From positions 2,984 to 66,983 of the forward strand of contig JBBQZC010000003.1 in the NCBI GenBank assembly GCA_038208115.1: a stretch of 64,000 nt of DNA. Reading direction: 5' to 3'. Below are positions 29,855-40,275 of the stretch, in pieces. A program made the position numbers and the translations under genes. This DNA is from Candidatus Moraniibacteriota bacterium. Its GTDB lineage: Bacteria > Patescibacteriota > Minisyncoccia > Moranbacterales > GCA-2747515. Numbering within the stretch: position 1 is the stretch's first letter; every line of letters starts with the position of its first letter. The notes under the pieces are model-generated. The model made no database searches. It saw only the letters and a list, made by a program, of their open reading frames with translations, and had not been told where the DNA came from.

Positions 29855-30040
29855 ATTCACCCGGTACGAAAAAACTTCAAGTTACATGTTCGTGCATGCG
29901 AACTATACCGGGCACCATGCCCATATATTTATTATTTCGGGCGACTTGGTGCCCGGTGAATCTATTTTAAGACACTTTTTGAGGAAAGTGAGATTCATCG
30001 GAAAATGTCTGACAAAAAACGCTTCATAAAAGCGTTTTTT
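29855..30040 (+). ncRNA. candidate structured RNA (GC-rich nested and mutually exclusive helices, ending in a terminator)
   Basis: CCCGGTA...TACCGGG and CCGGGCACCA(N27)TGGTGCCCGG share a strand, so they are alternative pairings. The terminator AAAAAACGCTTCATAAAAGCGTTTTTT lies at 30014-30040. No ORF. Confidence 0.3.
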
Positions 30041-30104
30041 GTTTTAGTGTTTGCTATTTAGATAAATGATGATAAAGTGAAATATCCATCTTTATATAAA
30101 TATA

Positions 30105-30512
30105 ATGATAAACATATTTAGTTTTGCTACCAATCAATTGTCTAAACCAATTGGTGAGATTGGGGAAGATGCGGCCACACTGTTCCTCAAGAAAAAAGGC
30201 TTTAAAATTCGTCATCGAAACTGGTACAATCCTCGGGGAAAGCGCCTAGGTGAAATTGACATTATAGCAGAGGATAAAAATGGTCACATAATATTTGTAG
30301 AAGTCAAAACACGCGTTATCACAGATGATAGTATAACACTGCCTGAAGAGCAGATTACTCTCCACAAATTATCCAGGATGCGACGTGTATCTGAATCATA
30401 CATTGCGCACTTCGATCTTTGGAATCATTCGTGTCAGTATGATGCATTAGCTATTCAGATGAAAAATAAATCAATTTATGATATAAAACATATCGAGAAT
30501 ATGTTTATCTAG
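30105..30512 (+). CDS. YraN-family (UPF0102) endonuclease-like protein
   Basis: GEIDIIA...IFVEVKTR motif typical of YraN. Confidence 0.65.
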   Translation: MINIFSFATNQLSKPIGEIGEDAATLFLKKKGFKIRHRNWYNPRGKRLGEIDIIAEDKNGHIIFVEVKTRVITDDSITLPEEQITLHKLSRMRRVSESYIAHFDLWNHSCQYDALAIQMKNKSIYDIKHIENMFI

Positions 30513-30567
30513 ACTTTTTCATGAGATTTGATACACTAGATATACAATAAGTAAATACAATAACCCT

Positions 30568-30921
30568 ATGACAATGGAACAATCATTATTGACCGAATTA
30601 AAAAACGCTCTCATTGCAGAAAAAAATCAACTCGAGGGAGAATTGCAACACATCGCAAAAAAATCAGGCACGCAAGGAGACTATGAAACAACTTTTCCTG
30701 AGAATCTCGGAGGTCATGATGAGGAAAATGCTACAGAAGTCGAGCAATATGCAGATAACCTCGCCGTCGAAGCATCATTGGAAACACAGCTGAAAGACGT
30801 TTTGGATGCATTGCAAAAAATGGATGCTGGTACATACGGCATTGATGAAAACACGGGAGATGCAATCACTATTGATCGTCTCAAAGCATATCCAGCCGCA
30901 CGAGCGAACATAATCAAATAG
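30568..30921 (+). CDS. DksA/TraR-like protein (no Cys4 finger)
   Basis: Coiled-coil N-terminus and a C-terminal region resembling Cys-less DksA-like proteins; weak. Confidence 0.4.
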   Translation: MTMEQSLLTELKNALIAEKNQLEGELQHIAKKSGTQGDYETTFPENLGGHDEENATEVEQYADNLAVEASLETQLKDVLDALQKMDAGTYGIDENTGDAITIDRLKAYPAARANIIK

Positions 30922-30923
30922 AA

Positions 30924-31361
30924 ATGTTTTTTTCTCTCAGTAAAAAATCTCGTGCAATAGCGTATGAGATTTTTACTATTTTAGGACTGATTCTTATTGA
31001 TCAAATCGCAAAATACATTATAATTAATCATTCACATATTTTTTATGTATGCAATGAAGGAATTGCACTTAGCATCAAACTGCCAAGCATATTATTTGTT
31101 TTTTTGTGGATTAGCATAATTACTGCACTTTTATATTTGCGCACACGATTACATCACATATCAGTAACGGAGTATTATGGATTTACATTAATATTTGCAG
31201 GAGCTTTAAGCAATTGCATTGATAGATTTAATTACACTTGTGTGGTTGACTATATTCCTTTTTTTAATATCTCATTCTTCAATGTTGCAGATGCATACAT
31301 CACATGTGGTGCTTTTTTACTTCTTTATATGAATTATTATGTACACGATAATTCTGATTGA
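30924..31361 (+). CDS. lspA: lipoprotein signal peptidase (signal peptidase II)
   Basis: 4 TM segments, a conserved Asn/Asp-containing motif, SNCIDRF, and VVDYIPF...FNVADAYI. Confidence 0.75.
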   Translation: MFFSLSKKSRAIAYEIFTILGLILIDQIAKYIIINHSHIFYVCNEGIALSIKLPSILFVFLWISIITALLYLRTRLHHISVTEYYGFTLIFAGALSNCIDRFNYTCVVDYIPFFNISFFNVADAYITCGAFLLLYMNYYVHDNSD

Positions 31362-31418
31362 CTTTTGTCTCATCTCGCATTATGATGAAATATCCCATAA
31401 TACTTAGTCTAATCATAC

Positions 31419-32939
31419 ATGTCATCAAAAATTTTATCTGCTGCAACAATAGGACTTTCAGGTGCGACTGTCGAGATAGAGGTTGACGTATTGAGTAGTG
31501 GACTACATAATTTTACACTCGTTGGACTACCTGATACCGCAGTCAAAGAATCTCGCGACCGCGTATCAAGTGCTATAAAAAATAGCGGTTTTAAACCAGC
31601 ACATCAATGTGGCCGAATCACTGTTAATTTGGCTCCAGCAGATTTACAAAAATCCAGTCCAATTTATGATGTGCCAATCGCACTCGGATTACTGATTGCT
31701 ACGGGTCAATTAAAGTGCCCTATGACGGATAAATTATTTATTGGAGAGCTCGCATTGGATGGAGGCGTACGAAGCATCAACGGCGTATTACCGATCACGC
31801 TCTATGCAAAAGAAATAGGCATCAAAGAAATTTATATTCCTTCACAAAATATATCTGAAGCTATCATAGTGGATGACATCGACATCATCCCGATATCACA
31901 TCTTCGTGATCTCGTTTTGCATTTAAATGGAAATGTACTGATCGAAAAAGAGTCTTCTCATGCTTCACCTGCATCTGAAATAATTTTTGATCAATCACTT
32001 GATTTTAAACATATCAAAGGGCACGAGCATGCAAAACGCGCACTTGAGATCGCAGCTGCAGGTGGTCACAATGTCATATTTCATGGGCCGCCAGGATCTG
32101 GCAAAACACTATTGGCAAAAACATTCATATCCATACTGCCAAAACTTACCAAACAAGAGATCCTGGACATTACAAAAATCTATTCGATTGCAGGACATCT
32201 TTCTCGAGACAAGCAGCTTATTACGACACGACAATTCCGATCGCCACATCACAGCGCTTCAGCTGTGTCATTAATCGGCGGAGGATCAAATCCTAAGCCA
32301 GGTGAGATAACACTTGCACATCGTGGCGTTCTATTTCTTGATGAATTTGCAGAGTTTCCACGCTCAGTATTGGAAAATCTTCGCCAACCACTGGAAGATG
32401 GTCTCGTTACCATTGCGCGAGCTAAAAATTCACTTACTTTTCCTGCAAATTTCATTTTAATTGCTGCAATGAATCCCTGTCCATGTGGATTTTCTACAGA
32501 TGCAACGCGAGAATGCACATGCACACCACAGCAAGTTGTACGTTATACGCAAAAGATTTCTGGCCCAATCTTGGATCGTATTGATATGCACATCGACGTT
32601 CCACGCGTTCACATCAATAAGCTCGACCAAGAATCAGATGGGGAATGCAGTATAAATATCAGAGATCGTGTTGAAAATGCAAGACAAATTCAGTATGTGC
32701 GTTATGCAAAATCCGGAAAAATCAACGCGGAAATGAATCAACGTGATATAAAAACGTATTGTCCACTTGATGATCGCTCCAAAAAAATATTACATGACGC
32801 TGCCGAAAAACTAGATTTGAGTGCGCGATCGTATTATCGTATGATTAAATTAGCACGAACAATCGCTGATTTAGAAAGCGCAGAACATATTACAGCTCAA
32901 CATATTGCGGAGGCACTACAATATCGACCAAAAAAATAG
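31419..32939 (+). CDS. YifB/ComM-family Mg-chelatase-like AAA+ ATPase
   Basis: N-terminal Lon-like domain, Walker A GPPGSGKT, Walker B LFLDEF, C-terminal ComM-type region. Confidence 0.85.
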   Translation: MSSKILSAATIGLSGATVEIEVDVLSSGLHNFTLVGLPDTAVKESRDRVSSAIKNSGFKPAHQCGRITVNLAPADLQKSSPIYDVPIALGLLIATGQLKCPMTDKLFIGELALDGGVRSINGVLPITLYAKEIGIKEIYIPSQNISEAIIVDDIDIIPISHLRDLVLHLNGNVLIEKESSHASPASEIIFDQSLDFKHIKGHEHAKRALEIAAAGGHNVIFHGPPGSGKTLLAKTFISILPKLTKQEILDITKIYSIAGHLSRDKQLITTRQFRSPHHSASAVSLIGGGSNPKPGEITLAHRGVLFLDEFAEFPRSVLENLRQPLEDGLVTIARAKNSLTFPANFILIAAMNPCPCGFSTDATRECTCTPQQVVRYTQKISGPILDRIDMHIDVPRVHINKLDQESDGECSINIRDRVENARQIQYVRYAKSGKINAEMNQRDIKTYCPLDDRSKKILHDAAEKLDLSARSYYRMIKLARTIADLESAEHITAQHIAEALQYRPKK

Positions 32940-32943
32940 AAAT

Positions 32944-33912
32944 ATGCATAAAAGAGTTCGAAGAAAAAAAATAAATAGAACAATTTTTTATTTGTGTTTA
33001 ATGAGCATATTTACTATTATATTTATTGTTTTATATAAAAGTGACCATGTTTTTATAGCATCAAATCATATCGATCACTTATCTGTAGTCGATGATGGTA
33101 TTGTAAGAAATTTTTATAATATTCAAGAATCAACTGTAAATGATTTTTTATTGTATTATGATTCAACAATATCTGAAAATGATTTTGTATTTCCGTCTCG
33201 AAATATACATTTGTTTAGTGATGATATGCTGACAATCGAGAGAACAAAGTCAGTCAGCATTTCTGCTGACGATACAATAAAAGAAATTACCACATATCGC
33301 AATACTATTGAGGATACGTTACGCCAAAATAACATTTTTCTCGATGCAAATGACATTGTCAAACCTCTCAAGCAAAGCATTATAACAGATAATATCTCAA
33401 TAGATATCATCAGAGTTATCTTCAAGGAGGAAATAACCACAAAAAAAATTCCTTTTAAATTAATAGAAAAAACTGATGATGAAATGAATTTCTTAAAAAA
33501 AATTACTGAGCAAAAAGGAGAGAATGGTGTAAAGGAAATAATATATAAAGTCGCCTACCACAACAACACGGAGGTTAATCGTGTCATCTCGCAAGAACAC
33601 ATCTCTAAAGAGCCTGTCGATGAAACCATCGTTCAAGGCACAAAAGTAGTTGTAGGCAAAAAACACACAGGAGCATGCTCGTGGTATGCGCATACAGGCA
33701 CTCTCAGTGCAGCAAATCCCTGGATGCCGATAGGCTCCTATGCACGTGTAACAAATCAAGAAAATGGCAAATCAGTAATTGTTCGAATTAATGATAGGGG
33801 ACCATTTGTTCCTGGTCGCATCATCGATCTCGATAAAATTGCTTTTGAAAAAATTGCGTCACTTGAAGCTGGGGTAATCAATGTTAAAATGGAAGAAATC
33901 ATTAACGACTAA
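32944..33912 (+). CDS. RlpA-like double-psi beta-barrel (DPBB) domain protein, membrane anchored
   Basis: C-terminal GACSWYA...VIVRINDRGPFVPGRIIDLD matches the RlpA/DPBB signature; N-terminal TM segment. Confidence 0.65.
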   Translation: MHKRVRRKKINRTIFYLCLMSIFTIIFIVLYKSDHVFIASNHIDHLSVVDDGIVRNFYNIQESTVNDFLLYYDSTISENDFVFPSRNIHLFSDDMLTIERTKSVSISADDTIKEITTYRNTIEDTLRQNNIFLDANDIVKPLKQSIITDNISIDIIRVIFKEEITTKKIPFKLIEKTDDEMNFLKKITEQKGENGVKEIIYKVAYHNNTEVNRVISQEHISKEPVDETIVQGTKVVVGKKHTGACSWYAHTGTLSAANPWMPIGSYARVTNQENGKSVIVRINDRGPFVPGRIIDLDKIAFEKIASLEAGVINVKMEEIIND

Positions 33913-33915
33913 AAT

Positions 33916-34722
33916 ATGGAAAAATTTACTCATAAAAAATCACTTGGACAAAACTTTCTGAAAAATGATACAATCATCAAAAAAATCATCGACATTGCAA
34001 ATATAACATCTGATGATGTCATCCTTGAAATCGGTCCCGGAGAAGGTGTGCTCACACAGGATCTCGCAAAGCATGCAAAACGAGTTATCTCCATTGAGCT
34101 TGATGATAGGCTCATCCCGATTTTACAAGATCGCTTTCACTCACATAAAAATGTTGAAATCATACATGGTGATATTTTACATATGGATGTCAATACTATT
34201 ATTGCAAATCACAAATTATCCACGATCAACTACAAGATTGTTGCAAATATCCCATATTACATCACTGCACCAATTATTAGATTGTTTCTAGAATGCGATA
34301 ATAGACCACAAGAACTAGTCCTCATGGTACAAAAGGAAGTAGCTGAACGTCTGAGCGCAAAAAAAGGTCACATGAGTGTCTTGGGCATATGCGTGCAATA
34401 CTATGCTGATGTATCGTATGAATTTACCGTGCCTCGGATAGAGTTTGACCCTGTGCCAAAAGTCGATAGCGCTATCATCAAACTCAAAATTAACAATAAA
34501 AACATTCAAAATGAAAACGAGAGAAATCAATTTTTTCGTACCGTAAAAATCGGTTTTAGTGCAAAACGTAAAACACTTAGTAATAACATATCAAACGGTT
34601 TTCATAAAACCAAAGACTTTGTTGAATTATTACTTATACAGAATGGTTTTACGAAAAATGTTCGTGCACAAGAACTTGGCGTTGATGACTGGAAAAACAT
34701 TGCTAGAGATCTACATAAATAA
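33916..34722 (+). CDS. rsmA: 16S rRNA (adenine1518/1519-N6)-dimethyltransferase
   Basis: GQNFL motif, SAM-binding LEIGPGEG, and KsgA-like length. Confidence 0.85.
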   Translation: MEKFTHKKSLGQNFLKNDTIIKKIIDIANITSDDVILEIGPGEGVLTQDLAKHAKRVISIELDDRLIPILQDRFHSHKNVEIIHGDILHMDVNTIIANHKLSTINYKIVANIPYYITAPIIRLFLECDNRPQELVLMVQKEVAERLSAKKGHMSVLGICVQYYADVSYEFTVPRIEFDPVPKVDSAIIKLKINNKNIQNENERNQFFRTVKIGFSAKRKTLSNNISNGFHKTKDFVELLLIQNGFTKNVRAQELGVDDWKNIARDLHK

Positions 34723-36390
34723 AGAATTTGCTAATATACACGCATACAAAGCTACAACCACAAAAACAACGCGCAACGTACTATGTGCATCAAAAATAAA
34801 TTTCTTACCTGTGCTACCCACAAGTGCCCAGAAACACAAAATGCCTGAAAATAAAGCAGGAATCAACAATGCTCTGTTATTCAACGCATAAATGCTAATC
34901 ATAAATGATATAAAAATATTTATCGCAATAATGAGTCGCCCAACACGTTCGCCGCACAAAACAGGAATAGTATAGATTTTATTCTCTTTATCACCCTTAA
35001 TATCTTTGAGATCTTTAATTGGTAGCGATATAGTGTAGACAATGATAAGAAGCGCTGCAATTGCTATTGGAAATCCATGGATGGAATGATCAGGGCTGTA
35101 AACGATGTATCCGGCAAGAACAATATGAAATGATGCTATAGCAGCCACAAATGTTGCAATAACAGGATACTTTTTTAATCGAAATGGCGGCGTATTATAA
35201 AGATATGACCAGCCATGATATGCAATAATGGCAATTGTAGCGTAAAAAGAAACAGCTGTTGTAATAATTATTGAATAAAATGTCAGTGCTATACCAATAT
35301 TTCTATATGAAACAACATCTATAATACCAGTAATAAGAGGTCTGGTCGTATTACTAATTTTATCAATGTCTTGATCTACAATATCATTAAAAATAACAGT
35401 ACTATACCATGCACACACGAGTGCTATACACAATATTACAAATGCATTAATCGAAAAGAAAGAAACATGAAATACCGCGTCAGCAAAAAGCACAGATAAT
35501 CCCATGCCTATTATCAGCAACCCAAAATGATAGATCGTTTGAATAGGACGAACATTTTTACATAATTCAAAAAATAGTTTTCTTTTGACAAAAAACGTAA
35601 TCATCATTATGAGAGCAGAAAAAAGTGTAATATAAATTTGAGACATTTTAATGTTGATCGCATTGATAGGATTTTCGATATGATTATTAAGGATTACTGT
35701 TGGTGAAGCAATAAATCCCGCAACAGTAGCTCCCACAGCATGAAAATGTACATCTGAAAAAATAAAAGTGATAAATGAAGGAAATGCACTAAGTAAAAAG
35801 AAGCTTGTATAAGAAAGCCAAATCATTAAGACAGTTCTCCAAATTGAGCTGGTATTGAGATACGTCAAAAATAACATTACGCCCAATACACATCCAATCA
35901 TGATTCGCGTACCATATGTTATGCCATTTCTCGGCATATCACCAAAATAAGTCAGATAACTTTGCCAAAGACCAGAATATCCATCAAAAAGATAGTAACT
36001 CAAAAAATCATTATCGCCGAAAAAATAGTGAATAATAATGCGATCAAAAATTGGTGGAAAAATGATTAATATAAAACCGAATAGAAAAAGAATCAAACTA
36101 CTTCTCAAATCTATCTGCGCAATCCACGTTGTCAAAAAAACACAAAGAAAATAAAGGATTGAAAAAAAGAAAAAGGTGTGTATGAACTCATAAAAATAGA
36201 ATGCAAAGTCATGTGGAGCAAATGCTGTCATCCACGCTTCTATTCCTATGCGCGTAATAATAATTATAATAAACGTTATTATGCCTGTATGGAGAGGTAT
36301 GTGAATATGAGCTAGTTTAGTATCAATTGCATTTTTCATACATTTATGATGGTGTATACCTAATAAACGACTTTTAACTTCTCCAATCAT
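34711..36390 (-). CDS. polytopic membrane protein with a C-terminal UbiA-family prenyltransferase domain
   Basis: NDIVDQDID (NDxxDxxxD) Asp-rich motif in the C-terminal half; about 300-aa N-terminal multi-TM domain of unknown function. Confidence 0.6.
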   Translation of the reverse strand: MIGEVKSRLLGIHHHKCMKNAIDTKLAHIHIPLHTGIITFIIIIITRIGIEAWMTAFAPHDFAFYFYEFIHTFFFFSILYFLCVFLTTWIAQIDLRSSLILFLFGFILIIFPPIFDRIIIHYFFGDNDFLSYYLFDGYSGLWQSYLTYFGDMPRNGITYGTRIMIGCVLGVMLFLTYLNTSSIWRTVLMIWLSYTSFFLLSAFPSFITFIFSDVHFHAVGATVAGFIASPTVILNNHIENPINAINIKMSQIYITLFSALIMMITFFVKRKLFFELCKNVRPIQTIYHFGLLIIGMGLSVLFADAVFHVSFFSINAFVILCIALVCAWYSTVIFNDIVDQDIDKISNTTRPLITGIIDVVSYRNIGIALTFYSIIITTAVSFYATIAIIAYHGWSYLYNTPPFRLKKYPVIATFVAAIASFHIVLAGYIVYSPDHSIHGFPIAIAALLIIVYTISLPIKDLKDIKGDKENKIYTIPVLCGERVGRLIIAINIFISFMISIYALNNRALLIPALFSGILCFWALVGSTGKKFIFDAHSTLRVVFVVVALYACILANSLFM

Positions 36391-36453
36391 ACCATATATA
36401 AGTAAAATGAATAATCTGTCCCGTGCGAAGCGTCTATGCTACAATAAATTAAT

Positions 36454-38601
36454 ATGAAAAATTTATTGAACGACTTAAATCCACAGCAAATCACTGCTGT
36501 TGAAGCATTTCAGGGTCCTTTTCTGGTAATTGCAGGCGCAGGATCAGGTAAAACAACTGCACTTACGAGACGCATTGCTTATTTAATTTGCAAACGTGGC
36601 ATATCACCGCATAATATTCTTGCTGTTACGTTCACAAATAAAGCTGCGGCTGAAATGCGGCTGCGCATTTCACATCTAATCGATCTGAAATATGCTAAAC
36701 CGCTCGTGGGTACATTTCACAGTGTATGTGCAAAAATTCTCCGTGATGAAATTCATCATATTGGTTATGATCAAAACTTTTCTATCTTAGATCAGCACGA
36801 CCAATTGGTTTTAATCAAGAAAATTCTCAAAAACCTTGAATTATCCAATCAACAATTCACTCCTCGCAGTGTTTTAGAATCAATCTCGCGCGCAAAAAAT
36901 GATTTATTATCAGTTGATGCTTTTATATCACAAACTGGGAGTTATTATGAAGAAAAAATTGGATTAATCTACGATCTTTATCAAAAAACACTTCGCGAAA
37001 ATCACTGTTTAGATTTTGATGATATCATCCGCTTGACGATTGCCCTTTTTAATGAACACAAAATCATTCTTGAAAAATATCAAGAACGTTTTCATTATGT
37101 ATTAGTAGATGAATATCAAGATACAAATCATGCACAATACACCTTGATCAAGATGCTAACAAAAAAACATCAAAATATTTTTGTTGTTGGAGATGATTGG
37201 CAATCCATCTATAAATGGCGAGGGGCGGATGTCAATAATATTTTACATTTTGACAAAGATTATCCTGGTACAACGGTCATCAAATTAGAGCAGAATTATC
37301 GTTCAACACAAAATATTCTCGACGCCGCATATCATATCATTAAAAATAATAATGAACGGAGTGAAAAAAGGATTTGGACAGAAGCAGAAGGAGGCACTCA
37401 ATTGACACACTACGTAGCACATGACGAGCGCGATGAAGCTCAGTTTATTGTACAAAAAATTCAAGAGTTGAGTGCAAATGGTCTTTTTTTGAGTGATTTT
37501 GTTATTCTCTATCGAACGAACGCGCAGTCGCGAATAATTGAGGAATACTTTCTTAAAAATAGCATAGGATATCGCATTGTTGGTGGTACAAAATTCTATG
37601 AACGAAAGGAAATTAAAGACATTTTGGCATATCTTCGCCTCATAAACAACCCCGCAAACAGTATTTCTCTCGAAAGGGCATTGTCAACACCTCGGAGAGG
37701 TATCGGGTCAAAAACACTAGAACAATGGCTGGGCGGATCTCACATGTGCCAGATAGGGGTAATCGATTTTGGCATTAGCGCATTCAATTCTACATATATA
37801 AAAGCGCGTAGTAAACAAAAGGTCATTCATGATTTTTGTACTCTCATCAAAAACGCACAGGAATATGCAACAAATCATGATGTCACTGAAGTAATTACGT
37901 ATATATATGAAAATAGTGGATTAAAAAAAATATTATTAGATGGTACTATCGAAGGTGAATCACGCCATGAAAATGTGCAAGAGCTACTTTCAGTTGCATC
38001 AAAGTACATCGATATGCCCAATGCATTACAACTTTTAATAGAAGAAATATCACTTGTCAGCGACACTGATCATATTGACCAAGAATCTCAGCTTGTACAT
38101 CTTATGACACTTCACAGTGCAAAAGGACTTGAATTTCCCGTCGTATTTATTGTTGGTCTCGAAGAAGGCCTTATACCACATAATCGTGCAATGATAAATG
38201 AGGCGGAGATGGAGGAGGAAAGACGTCTTGCATATGTGGGTATTACACGAGCAAAAAGCGAGGTGTATTTGTTGTGCGCCCGACAACGACTATTATTTGG
38301 ATCACTTCAGTCAAATAGTCCTTCACGATTTCTCGATGAAATACCAACACATCTTCTTAACAAAACAGGAAATACAACAACCCTACCACCATATCAAAAA
38401 CACACTGACCAAAGGCCACAAAGCGTCTTTGATTCGCCCTGTGACACAAAAGTATTCTGCGACGGAGACAAAGTGCTTCACACAACATTTGGAAATGGCA
38501 TCGTCGTAGGACAGACTGATACAATTGTTTTTATAGTATTTAAGAATTTTGGTCTTAAAAAATTAGCCAAAAGCATTGCACCTTTAACAAAAATTTCATA
38601 G
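36454..38601 (+). CDS. pcrA: ATP-dependent DNA helicase PcrA/UvrD family
   Basis: Superfamily 1 helicase motifs: GAGSGKTT, VDEYQDTN, YRS. Confidence 0.9.
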   Translation: MKNLLNDLNPQQITAVEAFQGPFLVIAGAGSGKTTALTRRIAYLICKRGISPHNILAVTFTNKAAAEMRLRISHLIDLKYAKPLVGTFHSVCAKILRDEIHHIGYDQNFSILDQHDQLVLIKKILKNLELSNQQFTPRSVLESISRAKNDLLSVDAFISQTGSYYEEKIGLIYDLYQKTLRENHCLDFDDIIRLTIALFNEHKIILEKYQERFHYVLVDEYQDTNHAQYTLIKMLTKKHQNIFVVGDDWQSIYKWRGADVNNILHFDKDYPGTTVIKLEQNYRSTQNILDAAYHIIKNNNERSEKRIWTEAEGGTQLTHYVAHDERDEAQFIVQKIQELSANGLFLSDFVILYRTNAQSRIIEEYFLKNSIGYRIVGGTKFYERKEIKDILAYLRLINNPANSISLERALSTPRRGIGSKTLEQWLGGSHMCQIGVIDFGISAFNSTYIKARSKQKVIHDFCTLIKNAQEYATNHDVTEVITYIYENSGLKKILLDGTIEGESRHENVQELLSVASKYIDMPNALQLLIEEISLVSDTDHIDQESQLVHLMTLHSAKGLEFPVVFIVGLEEGLIPHNRAMINEAEMEEERRLAYVGITRAKSEVYLLCARQRLLFGSLQSNSPSRFLDEIPTHLLNKTGNTTTLPPYQKHTDQRPQSVFDSPCDTKVFCDGDKVLHTTFGNGIVVGQTDTIVFIVFKNFGLKKLAKSIAPLTKIS

Positions 38602-38654
38602 TTTTTATCATAAATATGGTATACTTAATCATAGTAATTCAATAAATCAATTCT

Positions 38655-39056
38655 ATGATCAATATTAGATTTGAATGGACACCTGATATGTCTGTTAATA
38701 ACGACGTCATCGACTCACAGCATCAAGGATTATTTGACAATATCAACATCCTTCTCGAAGCGATGATTCAAGATCGCGCAGAAAGCGTCGTCGATGATAT
38801 GATCAATTTTTTTAAAGTCTATATGGAAGAGCACCTCTTGTATGAAGAGAAATTTTTAAAGGAAATTAATTATCCAGAAATAGAAAATCACAAAAAGGAA
38901 CATGAAAAATTTGTGCAAAAATATCATGAATTAAAAGGTCAACTTGCTGACGTTGAAGATAAAAATCATCTCGTAATGGAGATAGAAAATTTTATGGGCT
39001 CGTGGCTCACAAACCACATTCTCGTAGAAGATCAGAAGTACAAAAAATATGTTTAA
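38655..39056 (+). CDS. hemerythrin-like metal-binding protein
   Basis: Hemerythrin His/Glu ligand pattern (IDSQHQGLF...HLLYEE...HKKEHEKF...NHI). Confidence 0.6.
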   Translation: MINIRFEWTPDMSVNNDVIDSQHQGLFDNINILLEAMIQDRAESVVDDMINFFKVYMEEHLLYEEKFLKEINYPEIENHKKEHEKFVQKYHELKGQLADVEDKNHLVMEIENFMGSWLTNHILVEDQKYKKYV

Positions 39057-39091
39057 TATAAAATCTCCTATTTTTATTTTTTGACACTTAT

Positions 39092-39125
39092 AAACAAAGT
39101 CATGATATATATTATGACTTTGTTT
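39092..39125. terminator. bidirectional rho-independent terminator
   Basis: AAACAAAGTCATGATATATATTATGACTTTGTTT. Confidence 0.6.
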
Positions 39126-40056
39126 TATTGTGTTTTCCATGAAATTTCTCATGAATGCCTTTGAGGCTCTCATTCGTCACATGAGTATAAACTTGAGTTG
39201 TAGTAATATTTGCGTGACCCAACATTGCTTGCACGCTCCGTATATCTGCACCATTTTGCAAGAGATCTGTTGCAAATGTATGACGTAATGTGTGTGGATG
39301 TACATTTTTTATAATTCCTGCCTTAGTCGCATATTTTTTTACAATTCGCTGTATGCTACGAGCTGTCAGCCGAAATGTACCATCGATACTAATATTTTTT
39401 TGAGAAATTCTTTCGCGTATAAATAGAGCGGGATCTATATCTCGACGTTTAGAGAGATATCTTTGTAGAGCACTTTTGGCTGTTGTTGATACAAAAACGA
39501 TGCGAATCTTTCTTCCTTTTCCGCGAATGCTAAATTCTTGCCGATCGAGATTTACATCATCCCTATTTAACTCAACCAACTCTGATACTCGCAACCCGGC
39601 AGAAAAAAGAAGTTCCATTAGTGCACGATCGCGGAGAGATGCAATGTTGTCGCCATGTGCAGCTTCCAGTAAACGCACAATCTCATTTTCATCTAAAAAA
39701 TCAACATGTCGATCTGGATTTTTGCCCACTTCTAGCTTTTCTGGTGAAATAACAGAAATATCCCTTTTTGACAGATATTTGAGGAAATTTCTGATTGCAA
39801 TGACATGATAATTTTGCGTAGATTGCTGAAAACTCTTTCCGCTCGCTGTTTCATAACGATGCAAATAAATGCGGTATTTACGAATCATATCGAGAGTAAT
39901 TTTCTCTGGATGTGATATAAAAAATTGTTCATCAAGGTAAGAAATAAATCGGTCAAGATAATGATTATAATTTTCAATTGTTTTTTGACTGCGATTTAAC
40001 TCAACCTCAAGATATTCCAAATAGTCAATCAATAAATCGTATAGATCTTCTTTCAT
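39112..40056 (-). CDS. tyrosine site-specific recombinase XerC/XerD family
   Basis: Catalytic RHR...Y box (HPHTLRHTFATDLL...LGHANITTTQVYTHV). Confidence 0.85.
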   Translation of the reverse strand: MKEDLYDLLIDYLEYLEVELNRSQKTIENYNHYLDRFISYLDEQFFISHPEKITLDMIRKYRIYLHRYETASGKSFQQSTQNYHVIAIRNFLKYLSKRDISVISPEKLEVGKNPDRHVDFLDENEIVRLLEAAHGDNIASLRDRALMELLFSAGLRVSELVELNRDDVNLDRQEFSIRGKGRKIRIVFVSTTAKSALQRYLSKRRDIDPALFIRERISQKNISIDGTFRLTARSIQRIVKKYATKAGIIKNVHPHTLRHTFATDLLQNGADIRSVQAMLGHANITTTQVYTHVTNESLKGIHEKFHGKHNKTKS

Positions 40057-40275
40057 AGCATCCTCTTAACAAATATATAACTTTTCACATTATATCACAT
40101 ACATACATCACTAAATCAAAATGGTGTTATAATATCAAAGGATTTACGTTTGAGATAATCTTTGACAAAATCTCAAAAATCCTTATACTATAGGAAGTTT
40201 TAAAAAGTAAGGCTCTCTCCGATGATGACAGTATTATTCTCCTCATCTTACGAGAAAAGCTAAAAAAGGGAACTC

